The notes beneath the pieces were generated by a model. It saw nothing but the letters and a program-made list of their open reading frames with translations. It was not told the DNA's origin and made no database searches. Source: Phoronis australis (taxonomy: Eukaryota > Animalia > Phoronida). From it: a stretch of 64,000 nt of DNA. The stretch lies in contig NMRA01000001.1 in assembly GCA_002633005.1 (NCBI GenBank), positions 3,145,695 to 3,209,694 on the forward strand, written 5' to 3'. This document shows, piece after piece, positions 1-25,312 of the stretch (its first letter is position 1; every line of letters starts with the position of its first letter). Made by a program: the position numbers and the translations under genes.

Positions 1-630
1 AATTTGAAACGTCTTATCTCAGAAATGGTTGGTCAGATTCACATGAAATTTTCACATAAATTACCCTTAATGCACAGTTCTCTCATAACACAACAAGGAA
101 TTGTTTTTAAAATGCTCCACGTTTGCACAATATGCTGAAAATTGAACTTCTGTGGTTTTTATGAAAAAAGCGGCATATAACAAAAACAAAATGAATATTG
201 ATTAAAACAGTAACAGCGTGCTTGAGACTTTAATCTAAAATCATGTTTTCATGGCTCTTTTGCTATGAAAAATGTACTTTCTTTTCTTGCTAAATTTCAC
301 TAAAAAGACAGAGCCACGTGACCCAATTAATGCCAGATAGGAATAAAAGTAAAGAAATCAAACTTCAGAGGCTTACTACTTAAACAAATATGAAATAACA
401 TAAAATTTTCCGCAGTTAAGTGCTATAGCTTTGTAGATATTTGACTTAATTCAGATTTGTTGATAAGATCCTACGCAATCTTACGGTAGAACCAACACTG
501 AACAGTATTAGTAGAACAAGTGTTCATAACAGAACAGTATGTCACAACTGCAGTTTCTTATTTAATTACATTCCATTTTATCAGTTGGCTACGTGAAGAA
601 AATGAGAGACAGTTACGATCTTAAAACTTA

Positions 631-12388
<11,758 letters not shown>

Positions 12389-12570
12389 CAGTCAGAACTG
12401 TGGTTGAACAGCGTGCACACCTGGAGAAAACAGCAATGGCTGGCGTGGTACTTGACCCACTTAGTCACATGTTCAGTCATGTGACTCTGAAAAGGGCCAA
12501 CTGAAAGATGGTTTGCTTCATCCGTCCACATAGTACATATAGCCGGCCATACATCTTTATTCATAGGCGN

Positions 12571-14358
12571 CTCAATAGGCTAGGGGCAAAATGTGAGTGA
12601 TCTTCATAATACAAGCACATCCTATACACCAGTTGCTTAAAGCACCCCAGAAACATAGAATTAAAAACAAATTTACCAACATACGAGATTAGCACAGCAT
12701 TAGAATGCCAGAAACAAATTTCTACTTGGAACTTTTCCTTCACAGTCACAAAGAAACACAAAGTATACACCTGAAGACCTATGAAAATACAGAGGTCAAT
12801 GTAAAATACTAAAATTGCCACTACAGGCATACCGGTAGTCAGAATCATCCTAAAGTTGTCATCGTCCGTTGTCAACATCACATAAATACACTTGCTAAAT
12901 TTAGTAAAGATCCTGCAAACGGTTTGGGAGATACAGCCATGGGCGCAAAAAAATAACTGCCACTAGGAGGCGCCACAGTAATCAAAGTAATGGGAAATTC
13001 AGCGTCAACCGTCCTCTTCATAGTAAGAACATACATGCCAATTTTCACAATCATACTTATAGCGGTTTGGTTGATAGAGGGCTGGACGCCAAAAAACAGA
13101 CTCAAAAACAGTAAAAATGGCCACTGGGTGTCGCAAACTAGGTCGAATCCATCCGAAAACGGGAGGATAGCGTCATCGCACTAATAGGTGCCTACATACC
13201 AAATTTCATGAAAATCCGTTAAGGACTTGTGAAGATACAGAGGTAAACGTAAAAAAATAAAATTGCCACTAGGGGGCACACTGGTAGGCGGATCCGTCCA
13301 AAAGTCGTCATCGTCTGTTGTTAACATCATATAAATACACTTATTAAATTTCGTAAAGATCCTGCGAACGGTTTAGGAGATACAGCCATAGGCGCAAAAA
13401 AAAAACTGCCACTAGGAGGTGCCACAGTAGTCCAAATCGTCTGAAAATCATTGTCAGCTGTCTTTATAGTAAGCACATACACGCCAATTTTCACAATCAT
13501 CCTTTGAGCGGTTTGGTTGATATAGGGGTGGACGCACAAAAACAGACTTGAAAACACTAAAAATGGCCACTAGGTGGTGCAAACTATGTCGAATCCATCT
13601 GAAAACGGGAGGATAGCGTCACCTCACTAATAGGTGCCTACATACCAAATTTCATGAAAATCCGTTCAGGACTTTTGAAGATACAAAGGTAAGCGTAAAA
13701 AAATTAACATTGCCACTAGGGGGCACACCAGTAGTCGGATCCGTCCAAAAGTCGTCATCTTTTGTTGTTAACATCATATAAATATACTTCCTCAATTTAG
13801 TAAAGATCCTGCGAACGGTTTAGGAGATACAGCCATAGGCGCAAAAAAAACAAAACTGCCACTAGGAGGTGCCACAGTAGTCGAAATCATCGTAAAATCA
13901 TCGTCAACCATCCTCTACATAGTAAGCATATACATGCCAATTTTCACAATCATCCCTTGAGCGGTTTGGTTGATAGAGGGGTGGACGCATAAAAAACACT
14001 AAAAATGGCCACTAGGTGGTACAAACTATGTCGAATCCATCTGAAAACGGCAGGATAGCGTCATCTCACTAATAGGTGCCTACACACCAAATTTCATGAA
14101 AATCCGTTCAGGACTTGAAGATACAAAGGTAAGCGTAAAAAACTAAAATTGCCACTAGGGGGCACGCCGGTAGTCGGATCCGTCCGAAAGTTCGCACATG
14201 CCGTCCCATTCATGAATGGAACATATGTGCCAAATTTCATGAACGTATGTCAAAGGGTTTTGGAGATAAAGCAGCAGACGCCGGACGGACGCCGCCTGGA
14301 CGGACGGACAGAGATGACAGCATAATGCGTCCACATATAAATATGTGGGCACATAAAA
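12571..14358. mobile_element. pearl/HINE-like non-autonomous Helentron derivative, left end truncated by gap; ~3 tandem core units of ~445 bp
   Basis: Highly similar to 30230-31634. CCAAATTTCATGAAAATCCG recurs near 13199, 13646 and 14087. ACGG-type microsatellite and terminal hairpin GCGTCCACATAT-AA-ATATGTGGGCAC. Confidence 0.75.
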
Positions 14359-14698
14359 ATAAAAAGGTGCAAGTACATTGCAGCATTGCACCCCTGTACC
14401 CATATTTTAAAACCCAATACTCTTCCAAAAATGCAAGATTCTAGTCAACTAACAACCAGTTGGGTAAAACCCGACTGTTCATATTTCGAATGCCCTTGGG
14501 GTTTCTGTTTCACATATTACCACACTATGTCTACTGGGGACACCTTTTTGAAAATAGGCACATTCTTTATCATCATGTGTACCCAAAGGGCACATGTTCA
14601 AACCTGGTCACGAATATCCCTGGTTACAAAAGAGTAGAGCTAATACGCTTTCAAAGGAGGGACTACAGACTAAAGGTTACATGCTAACCAGTACTGAC

Positions 14699-14897
14699 CT
14701 CATTCTGTGTTGTGTCCTGGGGCAGCTGGACATGTTGCGCATTGATTCCAACATCAGCTGCTGCTTTCACCTTCATGCGTATGTACACATTGGAGTCCTC
14801 CCGTCCGCCAACTTGCACAATGGACAGTCCTGGCTGGAACGACGGGTAACGTTCTCGAATGCTGGCAATTTCATCTTTTATCTGCTGACGAATGTCA
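14699..14897 (-). CDS. MTHFD1: Second copy of MTHFD1 coding exon 2 (probable alternate haplotype)
   Basis: 199-nt exon with the same splice sites as 9893-10091. Manual comparison gives 7 substitutions: 6 synonymous and 1 Asp>Ala. Confidence 0.85.
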
Positions 14898-16241
14898 CTA
14901 CAAAAAAAACTTCAGTTTAAATAGACATAGCACGGTGTTCTTCTCAAAAGCTACTGTATGCTTAAAGGGTGTTTAGACGATGTCGTATCATGATTTGGTA
15001 CAGAAGTAGTGAGATCTAACGAGTGAAACTCGACAGATTATCATTGATACGGTCCGTATGATCAAATTATGTTGGTTAAATTGTCTCCCAGTCTTGGTAC
15101 CTAAATACATGTTTCATTCGATGTATTTTAAAATGAACAACTTCTTATGGAGGTATATAATTAATTCATTGTCTATGTTACGTGTACACAGTGACCACCG
15201 TCTCTAGCTGACTAGAGATGGTGTAGCTCCTATAAGAGCTCCATACGCCGGAAGCTTAATTATGCCTCACACTGACTAAAACATCAAAGTCACATTGTTA
15301 TAAATACCTTTTGCGCATAGAGAGACAGCTTAGGAGGTCATCGATGAATTCAATTCCTTCCAACTCGAAAAATACTAATTTCCGTTATCAAACTTTTTCT
15401 TCAAGCAGTCCCTCATTCAAATCGGAAACTTCCCATTTTTAACACTGCACGCGCCAGTTGGTATGACGTCATATCCCCTGGGGTGCGCAGTGTAAAAAAG
15501 GACAGTTACCGATTTTGTAAACTGAACAAAGGATTGCTCGAAGAAAAAGTTTGATAACGGGAATATTTCTTCAAGTTGGAAGGAATTAAATATATCGACA
15601 GCCTCCTTATGGTGTCCCTCTATGCTATTACGGCGTTCTCCTGTTCAGTGACTTGACCAGATGTAGAGGGTTGTGAGCCTGTGATAACATCTATCTCCTT
15701 GCTTAACTGCCAAGCACAATCTTTTGTCTGACATGACAACAGGCAGGCAATTATCTACCAGGCTTATTACAGACCACGTATGAACACAGCCACACCTAGA
15801 GCGAATTGGTACGTTCGGAAAGAATAGATTGTAGTGACTTCAGTAGTTGGGTGATTTTGGCGGTTCAAAAACTAAACATGATCAGCATTTGACGAGGAAT
15901 TCATAAATGGTATTGGTTTACGTTCAAATATGTTATAACTTAACTATAATTTTTAACAACTCAGCCCAGTCAGGCTAGATATGATCTTATTGGAGATTAG
16001 AGCGATTATCGAACCCTCCAACCATCAATGCCAGAATGGAGTTAATCAGTCCTATAACACATTGGCTACAGGGGTCATCTTCTCAACTTCTTGTTGGGCT
16101 AGAATCGAACAAGTTGGGAGCAACGGGAAAACACCGTAGATGAGCAAAAGGTGTTTATAACAACGTGACTTTAATGTTTTAGAGTCATTGTGAGACATCA
16201 TTCGCTAAAAAGCTTCCAGCGTATGAAGATAGGCTAATATA

Positions 16242-17697
16242 GGGAGGACAATCAAAAAATAAGTCACGGTGCTCCATATCTGCCTCCGTGTAAAACCCAC
16301 GTCGGTAAATTACCCGATTTCAGACTTCAAAATTAACTATAAGACAATTTTGTGTTACAAATCATTACCTTAGTCTTTATTTGTAAGTTTGTAATCTTTT
16401 TGTCTCAAATTATCGCTGATAAATCATTTTTTGTAAGCTTTTTTAGCGCACGATTTTCTGCCATGCGATCAACTTTCGAAAAAGTACCTCTTGTTCCTCC
16501 TATCCAAAAGAGCACTATACTCTCAAATACAAATATGAAATTTGGACAGGACGTAGTTTAGATGCGTGCGCGTCTCCTCAAGTTGTTTTCTCGAAGTCAA
16601 GGCCAAGTTTTCAATCGTTCGGAAGGCCTAATTTTGGTAGGTCGGGAGATTGATGTTTTTCCAGTTGCGCAATATACCCCCCCAAATTTTTAGATGAGGA
16701 ATTTATCACTCTTTATTTCATTTTCAGAAATTCTGTCAAACTGCTGCGCATTGGCACTTTTCAAACAGCAGTCGTTAGTTCACTAAGTCGCCGCATGTCA
16801 GTGCGCCACCAGCGGCTACGTTGAAGTTCAATGGCATCACAACTTCCAAAGTCACCATTCGAAATAAAGTTGTTACAAAGTTTTTGTTGCGTAAATGATG
16901 AAATCCCTCATGTTAAGAGTGATTTGTTTTCCCAAATGGTCTTTTGTCTACTTTCTGATGTTTTTTGCCATGATACGATCTAATAGTACATGGGTGGCAC
17001 CCATCACTGAAAAAAGTGGGGGAGCTATAGCCTCCCCCAGCCACTTGTCACTGTCAGGCAATGATGTGTTGCCCTTGTAATAGTATTCAGGGGCAGATCT
17101 AGGATTTTTAGATAGGAGGGGGGGGGCAGGGCAGAGTATTACGCAGGATTTTACCCGTTGGATATTTGCACCCTCAAACTACCAAATGAAATCTGGGAGT
17201 TTTAGGGGGGCCATGGGCTGGCCCCCTTGCCCCCCCAAATCCACCAATGTGATCTTGTAATTTGATGTGAAATTTCCTCCTAGCTCAGATGTATTTATTT
17301 CTGAGCTGATGTGGTGTCTTAACTCTTTACCTTTTCAGCTGTGTAATCCATTGTTTTCATCAAACATGATGAGCCTCATGTTCTATATGCTAACAACACA
17401 CTTAAACAGCAATATCTCTGTAGAAATCGATCCAAATTTATAATACACACCACCATGTTTGTCTCAATGAGACGAATCTTTTTATATGAAGCACATGTAT
17501 ATTCTTTTATTTTTCACAAACATATGTAAAAAGGCAGATATTTTACGCATAATCGTGGTGTTCAATGGCTATTTTCTCGTTAACCGCTCATCCAATTTTT
17601 CTGATTTTTGCACCATTTCATTTCTCACATCAAGGGCTTTTTAAAAAATGTATGACACATGGGTATTGTAAAAAATTAAAAAAACCGTTGTCCTCCC
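16242..17697. mobile_element. ~1.45-kb non-autonomous DNA transposon with TA target duplication (Tc1/mariner-like)
   Basis: TA|GGGAGGACAA...TTGTCCTCCC|TA. Absent from the equivalent site (~11975) in the other copy. No transposase ORF seen. Confidence 0.7.
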
Positions 17698-18072
17698 TAT
17701 ATAGGAGCTACGTCGTCTCTAGTCCGCAAGAGACAGTGGTCACTGTCTATGTAATTTGTTACGTGTAGTTTTGCAGGTTTTTCAAGTGTTTAAAATCCCC
17801 TCCAAAATTATAGCCAGATATTTCCTGAATCCTCTCTTCACCGATTACAAAAATGATTAACATATAGAGCTTAATGTATAGGTAACTCCGACCATAAGAA
17901 CATCAAAATATTACTGGAAATAGTATGGTGCTGCGTATTTTTGCGCCGTTTTTTTATTGCCAGACCTGGCAGGCTGCCCTGGCTGTCCGGGTTCAGACTC
18001 GACAATAAGGGAACAGTTGAAATGTTTAAAGATTAGAAATTGCATATCACAGCCAGTAGACAGCATACAAAC

Positions 18073-18107
18073 CCTGCAACCTCCTTGCCGCTCAAAACTT
18101 GCGCCAT
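18073..18107 (-). CDS. MTHFD1: Second copy of MTHFD1 first coding exon (MAQVLSGKEVAG)
   Basis: Identical 35-nt coding segment and GTTTGT donor to 12354-12388. Confidence 0.85.
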
Positions 18108-19654
18108 CAGTCAGAACTGTGGTTGAACAGCGTGCACACCTGGAGAAAACAGCAATGGCTGGCGTGGTACTTTACTTGACCTACTTAGTCACATGTTCAG
18201 TCATGTGACTCTGAAAATGTCCAACTGAAAGGTGGTTTGCTTCTAATCCGTCTTCAGTAATACATATACATACCCGGCCATACATCTTTATTCATAGGCG
18301 GATTTAGGGGGGGGNNNNNNNNNNNNNNNNNNNNNNNNNNNNNNNNNNNNNNNNNNNNNNNNNNNNNNNNNNNNNNNNNNNNNNNNNNNNNNNNNNNNNN
18401 NNNNNNNNNNNNNNNNNNNNNNNNNNNNNNNNNNNNNNNNNNNNNNNNNNNNNNNNNNNNNNNNNNNNNNNNNNNNNNNNNNNNNNNNNNNNNNCCCCGA
18501 GGATGTCGCCCCCCCCCCTCATGGTATCCTACGTCCGCCACTGTTATTTAAACTCGCTACTAGTCAGATGAAGCAAAATGTTAAATTGATAACTGAGTAT
18601 TTAGGCCTACAAATATATACAGGGATTGTTGATAAAAACATTCTCCAGGCAGTGTAATCCTGATTGCTAGGTATACAACCATGCAATAATAATCTCTTGG
18701 TCTGCTACACCGACCTCTTGTCTATTTACACTGTCACGATGTTTCGGTCGGCCGGCCATCGCATGAGGTGTTCCTGCGTTCTTAGAAGAACGAGCACGGG
18801 TGAGTGCCGGGTACACTGAATAATCATTGGGATTTTTTTTTTGGTTTCATCATGATTGTCAGAGGAAGGATGACCCACGACTTCTGAAACTACAGATATT
18901 TTGAGTCCATCACCTTAACCACTACACCACGAACTGGGAGTCTTTCGAGTCCATTTACTTACAGGGAAATTATAGTATCTTCCTAAGTAGGCTGAGCCAG
19001 GTGTCACTTGACTCATGCTTGGTTGGGTATCACTGAGCAGCAGAAAACGAGCAGCAACTGATGAGGCCAATTGGGCTGCTCTTCGTCAAGTTCCGAATTC
19101 ATAACAAGTAATACAAGCTTTCAAAAATGAGAAAAAAATATCGAGTGGTGACGCCGTATCTTGCCAGAGGTGGTCCCTGGGGAAGCAGTCAGACGTTCCC
19201 TGATTGCAACTGCCTTTTTGAATATGAAAATCTAAATCAATTTGCTTTGGAAAATATCTGTCTAAATTTTCTTTTTTCGAAGTACTAATTGATTAACAGC
19301 TAGAGTAAGTCTACACGAGTGCGTTAGACGATTTGAACCACAAAAAATGCCCTACCCCCAAACAATAATATCCTTTGTGACCAGGGCCCAAAAGGTAAAC
19401 TTCCGTGTTATTAGGCTACAAGGACCCAAACATTTAATTTAGCGAGTCCAGTCAGGGTATTTATCATTCCGGCCCCTGCATTTAGTTCCAACTCAGTATG
19501 GATCTGTGACTTCACTGGTCAGCTTTCGACCTGTCCTCTGGCGCGTCTCATGCCGTTTACTAGAATGTTGCTTTTGGGGTCCGTGTTAAACTGGGAAAGG
19601 AAATTTAATCTGAATGCTGTATCTGTTACCAAAACATGCAGATTGTTTTCACAA

Positions 19655-21910
19655 GAGAGAGAGAGAAAGATTGTTTATTTGTACTTGGAGCTAAGCCCAT
19701 TTGTACACTTTTGACATTGCAGTATTTGGTATAGATGGCAATTTCATGACCAGATATTCAATACATATATACATATGTACATATTACAATGTTAGAGTTT
19801 CCTGTCTAATATCATAAGCCTTTAATATAAATAAGGATAGTCTTTTCAAAAGATTGCAAGAGTTTGTTTTGAATAAGTATTTGGTGTTTTCGATGTCAGT
19901 ATGTTGTCTGGATATTTCTGGTAAAAAAATCAATCCATTCTAATATCGTTAATTACGGGGCAGTTAAGTAATAAGTGTATTTCGTCTTCAATTTCTGAGC
20001 GGGTGCAAATTTCGCAAAGCCTAATCTTCCTTTGGAATGTCACAGTGCCTACAAGTTTCTATTTTCAATTGATGTCCAGAGCATCTGAATTTGGCTATAA
20101 TTCTACGTACAGTTGGTGGTAGACAGTAAAGATATTCATCACAAGATAAATCTGTTTTGATAATAGAGTAAAATGAGCATTTGCTTGAGTTCTGCACTGA
20201 TATCTTCCATTCTCGGGCACCACAATCCATCAATCTTTGCTTAAATTCTGAAATAAATTAATCAATATTACCCGGTCCACTTATCAATGCCATACCTCCC
20301 CAAACCCGTATCTGAATAAAATATTTTCAACTGCACTGGCCCAATTTGCTCGTCCTCTTTCACAATCTTCCCGCAGCATCCTGTAACTTTTCGTTGAGTA
20401 CCTGGGGTTATTCATCAGTAGAATTTTGATCCAGTAGATTATTGGTCTGCACAAGTATTTCATAGATAATATATGCCTGCCGCATTCTCCTCTACTTGTT
20501 TTCTTTGGGACACCAGCAACCCATTTACAGAAATCGTTGTGAACACTTTCTATGTCTTTCGAATATACTGTACCCCATATATCGGCACCATATATTAATA
20601 CAGGAACTACCATACTATAAAACAATTTAAAACATACATGTGGGGAGCTACACTTCACTTTGGTTAAACATGCTTTAACATGTTCATTGCTTTTCTAGCT
20701 TGTAAAGCTGATATTCTACAATTTTCATTCCATTTTACTCTGCAAGAAAATGGGGCACACCAAGATACTTGTGATAAGATTTCGTTTCTACCAATTTCTT
20801 ATTGTAAAACCACTTATCCTGAGCCGACAGAGTCCCACCTCGCTTGAAGACAACGATATTTATTTTATCAAGATAAACACAAAGACTCCAATCCACACAG
20901 TAATTGTGCAATAGATTTAGTTTTCCCTGAAGTCCAGGCACTGTGTCCGCCACAAGCGCACCAACCCGCTTACAAAAACAGAGAATAACCAAGGGTTCAG
21001 TATACACCCTTGTTTCACACCTCTCTTACATTCGAAAGAGGATGTGATTTGGCTCTGTACTCTCACGCAAGATTTCACACCTTCAAGTTGACTACTGCCT
21101 GTTCATTGGTTATTTTCATGTCAGCGCCGCAAGCGTGGAACAATCCATTTATTAAATTAACTGCTTTGTTAATATCCATATCAGTAGCTGAAGATGTTCT
21201 CGGTGGTGTCAACGCTGCCCAGTCTATCCTTAAAACTTGAATATTTATCTGGCTGCCACTTGAGTCAGTGCAATGGGGTCGTTCTGACTCTAGTGTTCGA
21301 TCCGTCGGTATCAGCTTCCGTACGTTCTGAGATAACATAGTGTACACATATTATATGGAAATGGTCCCACTGATCATAATTTAATACTTCAAAGTCATTA
21401 ATATATTCGAACAGAGATGCCTCGGCAATAACATAGTCAATAGTGCTGCATCCTCGGGTGGAGGTGAACGAATGTTTGCGGAACCTAGTCTTCGAACGGG
21501 GTTCGCGTTGCGGCAAACGGACTAGTATGATTTCTTGAACAATTTTAATTAGAAGCATTATGATTTTTCCTGTGGAACGGTACGACCTGTTCTCAGTTAA
21601 AAGAAACGAAGTCAAAAGTTGGTGGCACAGACATTCATAAAATTCTTGGACTTGCAACAATAATATTAAATTGTTATCCTTTGGGTGTCAGATCGACCGA
21701 CTTCAATCCGTAATCTCCGACGTCAGTCCACTGGTGGACGACCTGTACTGGCTTAGTCGCAGCGCCACTATGCGGATTACTTTCTTAGAGTACCCCTTGT
21801 GCACAAAGTATAGAAAACTTTCCAGAACAGCAATTTATTGTGACAAACTAAAAGAACTTCTAAAGTTGCGAACATCAACAGGATTTATAAGCATATTAAG
21901 ACAATTTTAG
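19655..21910 (-). mobile_element. Decayed non-LTR retrotransposon (CR1/L2-like), internally deleted
   Basis: Broken ORF2 pieces: endonuclease STIDYV, RT C-terminal region (GLQGKLNLLHNYC...W...KYLGV), LFYSMVVPVLIYGADIWG, IAKFRCSGHQLKIET and C-terminal EDEIHLLLNCP. The 3' end has AATAAA followed by a (CT)n tail. No RT catalytic core found; many frameshifts. Confidence 0.88.
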
Positions 21911-23064
21911 ACAAGAGAACCAAAACTAGGTTAATTTCAAACCTAAATTGAAAGCACTGAAATCACATCAAAGCCTTCTCTTGTTGACGACTAGAATGGC
22001 AACTATTTTACTATTTCATTCTTAGCAAAGACACTAAATAAAGGTTTTAAAAAACCTTTCAACAGTAACGGAAATAAATAAAATAAATAAAGAGACAAAC
22101 GAAAACAGATTTATCAAAAAGCTACAATTAAGTTTATACACATATCAACAGCTAGATGTAAATGAGACATAACATTTTGCAAGAATCACAGGTCACTAAG
22201 TCGAATACAAACCAATGATAAGTGAGAATATATTAGCTTGAGGAAATAGGCTACCTTCGTTACTAACGACCGAACTTCTTAAATTACTTTTTAAGAATCG
22301 ATAGTAGACTCATAAACCTGCATATTTTTGAAGTCCTTGATCATCACAGAATCTTTTATGTGAACGAAAGAAATGCTCACACAATCGTAACAAGATTTTT
22401 TTTCTAAAAAATTGTGATTTTTTATGAAGATCACCATATTTTCTATGAACACACAAAACTGCTTCTTTGTTGTATTACCCAAAAAAGCATTTCTACTTTT
22501 TAAGACCTTTTGAAACAGAGAGCTCGGTTGCCAAAAACCATGACTTTATTTTTTTCAAGGAACACTGATGTCTTCATTTTTGACAATGGTGTTCTTGGGC
22601 TAAAAGGACTTAAAATAAAAATCCAAGAGACTGTTTTACAGATATTGGAATTAAGTTTCATGAGAAAAAATTATGTTCGTGGATATTACAGCAGTCTCCA
22701 TGAAAATTCAGGAGTGCTTTTAGACAACACGCATGTACATGAATTCAATTTTGTGCATATGATAAGATTCTGCGATCATCAAGGATTGTAAAATATATAG
22801 TTTTATGCCGTCTACTATTAATACTTAAAAAGTTATTTTAAGCGGCAAACAACGACAGTGTCTCAAAGATACTACATTTTGATAAAGACCACTTACGAAC
22901 ATAAAATTGACTGAAAGTGTTCCTTATTCTCAACGTGTTCCTTATTCAGATGAGAAGTGGATTCTGGTCTTACAAAAAAACTGATAGTTTGTTATTCCTC
23001 GACGACATGCTTGGCAAATAAAATGATACCCTTCAACAAGTCAACTTATAGAGCATGGTATCGA

Positions 23065-23170
23065 GCAATAACGAACTGCAATAATGAACTGCAATAACGA
23101 ACTGCAATAACGAACTGTAATAATGAACTGCAATAACAAACTGCAATAACAAACTGCAATAATGAACTGT
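23065..23170. repeat. 12-bp minisatellite (CAATAACGAACTG-like), ~8 units
   Basis: Directly visible tandem array. Confidence 0.85.
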
Positions 23171-24005
23171 CATCTCTTCCCATATCCAGAAATGACACCT
23201 ATGTTGACAAAGGAACAATATGACAGCAATTTTATGACGGAGAGTGGTGTAAAATGAATTAATTGGTTTTCCTCGAGCTTTAAGAAATTTGATCCTTGGT
23301 AACCAATGTATCACATAACCTCAAGACGGATACGATAATATATTCTAGGAACAATGAAAACTTCTAGCTAATTCATAACAGAGTTATGAAATTATTAAAA
23401 AATAAATCAACATGTGGGATACAAACAAAACACTGAAAGGTGGGTATACAGTATCACAACAAATGAAAATTTTGACACATCCAGTTGCGAAAACAGATCA
23501 AGTCTGAGTCTAACACTGGAATAAAAACTTAAAAAAATTAGCGACCTAATTAAATAATAAATTCTTNGCAAAAACAATCTGCAATAACGAACTGCAATAA
23601 TGAACTGTCATCTCTTCCCATATCCTGAAATGACACCTATGTTGACAAAGGAACAATATGACAGCAATTTAATGACGGAGAGTGGTGTAAAATGAATTAA
23701 TTGGTTTTCCTCGAGCTTTAAGAAATTTGATCCTCGGTAACCAATGTATCACATAACCTCAAGACGGATACGATAATATATTCTAGGAACAATGAAAACT
23801 TCTAGCTAATTCATAACAGAGTTATGAAATTATTAAAAAATAAATCAACATGTGGGATACAAACAAAACACTGAAAGGTGGGTATACAGTATCACAACAA
23901 ATGAAAATTTTGACACATCCAGTTGCGAAAACAGATCAAGTCTGAGTCTAACACTGGAATAAAAACTTACAAAAATTAGCGACCTAATTAAATAATAAAT
24001 TCTTA
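23153..24005. repeat. ~425-bp near-identical direct duplication straddling the single N at 23568 (contig overlap artifact)
   Basis: 23153-23567 matches ~23592-24005 almost exactly, with the junction at the N. Confidence 0.85.
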
Positions 24006-25312
24006 AAACGTGATAACAGAAAAGGTACAATATTGCACAAATTTTATTCCATGGCTCAATCACAGACAACCAAAATTAGAGATCTAAATTCTAACTTAGG
24101 TAGCAGTATCCTGTATTATACAACAGTGATGTAAAAAATTTGCTGAGTAAAAGCACATAGCGGAAGCGTGTTCCATACACAAAACACTCATAAGTCACTT
24201 GTAGTGAGAAATCTGCTTGTGGATCTGAAACTGAGAATTTCTTCCCACAATTCATGACTTGCCAACCAATCATTTCAGAGGCAGTCATTTTGTTTATGAG
24301 AGTGAGGTCCTGAACTTACTCACAAATCACTTATCTTATGCGACCTCGATTTTCTTGCAAGTTTCAGGTTGAATGCAACAACATAACCTTCAACATTTCT
24401 TTAAGCAAGAAAGATCCAAGTCTTTACTCTAAAATGACATTTGAATATTTCACATGCCCCCAAAACTAACTCTCATCACGGAAATCGAAAAATGCAAACT
24501 GTGATGAAATTTTTTTAATGAACCAAACACTATAACGTGCAGAATAGAAATAAATGATCCGAAATCCAGAACACACATCTTCAAGAAATACATAAAGTTT
24601 TTCTTCACTATCAATAATCTATGATCCGTACAAGACAAAATTTTAACATAAACTTCCGTTTACGACAATATGGAAGAAAAGTGGACTTTTATTTTGTCAA
24701 ATTTGTAATCAAAATATTGAATATTAAATATTAAAAAATAGTTTATTTTTAACACAATTGGTAGCGTACAGCTTACGTACCTTTTGTTGTCGAACAACAT
24801 TTGGTAAAATTTTGGGTATGTATTAAGACTTAAATTTGAAAACTAAGAAAACATCAATTTGAGCAATTATATTGACCCAAACTGAAGAATTTTAACCATA
24901 ACTGGTAAGCTTGGCTATGATGCTCTAAACTAAAGTTGTTCAGTTCACCACAAATTATGAATATGCAAGAAACAATAGAAATAGTGTTTGGGTAAAATAG
25001 TTTTGAAGGCAGTGAAATTATCATTTGGACAGAAGTTTAACCAAAAACAAAAAATCAAAAACAACGGTAAGCAATAAGCTATGCAGCACTGGGATAAATA
25101 CGTGGTATCAGAAAGGTACAATTTGAAAAATATATATCTTCTACAACATGCATTTACTACTTACAATTCACAACAGATGGGGCTAATGTATCACAACAAT
25201 TAATGAACATACTGCAGAGTATTGCACATTTTCTTCCACACACATTGTTGTACCCTAGGTACAAACTCATCATCAATACTTCTGTAAATGTCATTTTCTT
25301 CTTTCCAGAACC

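Larger units (their letters stand above)
14360..18300 (+). repeat. Direct duplicate of 9552-12569 (MTHFD1 exon 1-2 region), bounded by assembly gaps
   Basis: Collinear high similarity interrupted by copy-specific insertions. Single N at 12570 and N-run at 18315-18494. Both copies stop at or just after the same CATAGGCG sequence. Confidence 0.9.

Noticed and set aside
12571-14358. ORFs repeated at 12561-13557 and 30222-30802 suggesting a small membrane-protein family
   Set aside because: They are chance translations of the tandem core of a non-coding repeat element, and frames break differently in each unit.
18254-18541. ORFs spanning the N-run
   Set aside because: Artifacts of translating an assembly gap within a G-rich MITE-like element.
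19655-21910. Active reverse-transcriptase system
   Set aside because: Multiple stops and frameshifts and no RT catalytic core; an ordinary dead LINE.
23153-24005. Biological tandem duplication
   Set aside because: Near-identical copies meet exactly at a single N, typical of an unmerged contig overlap.
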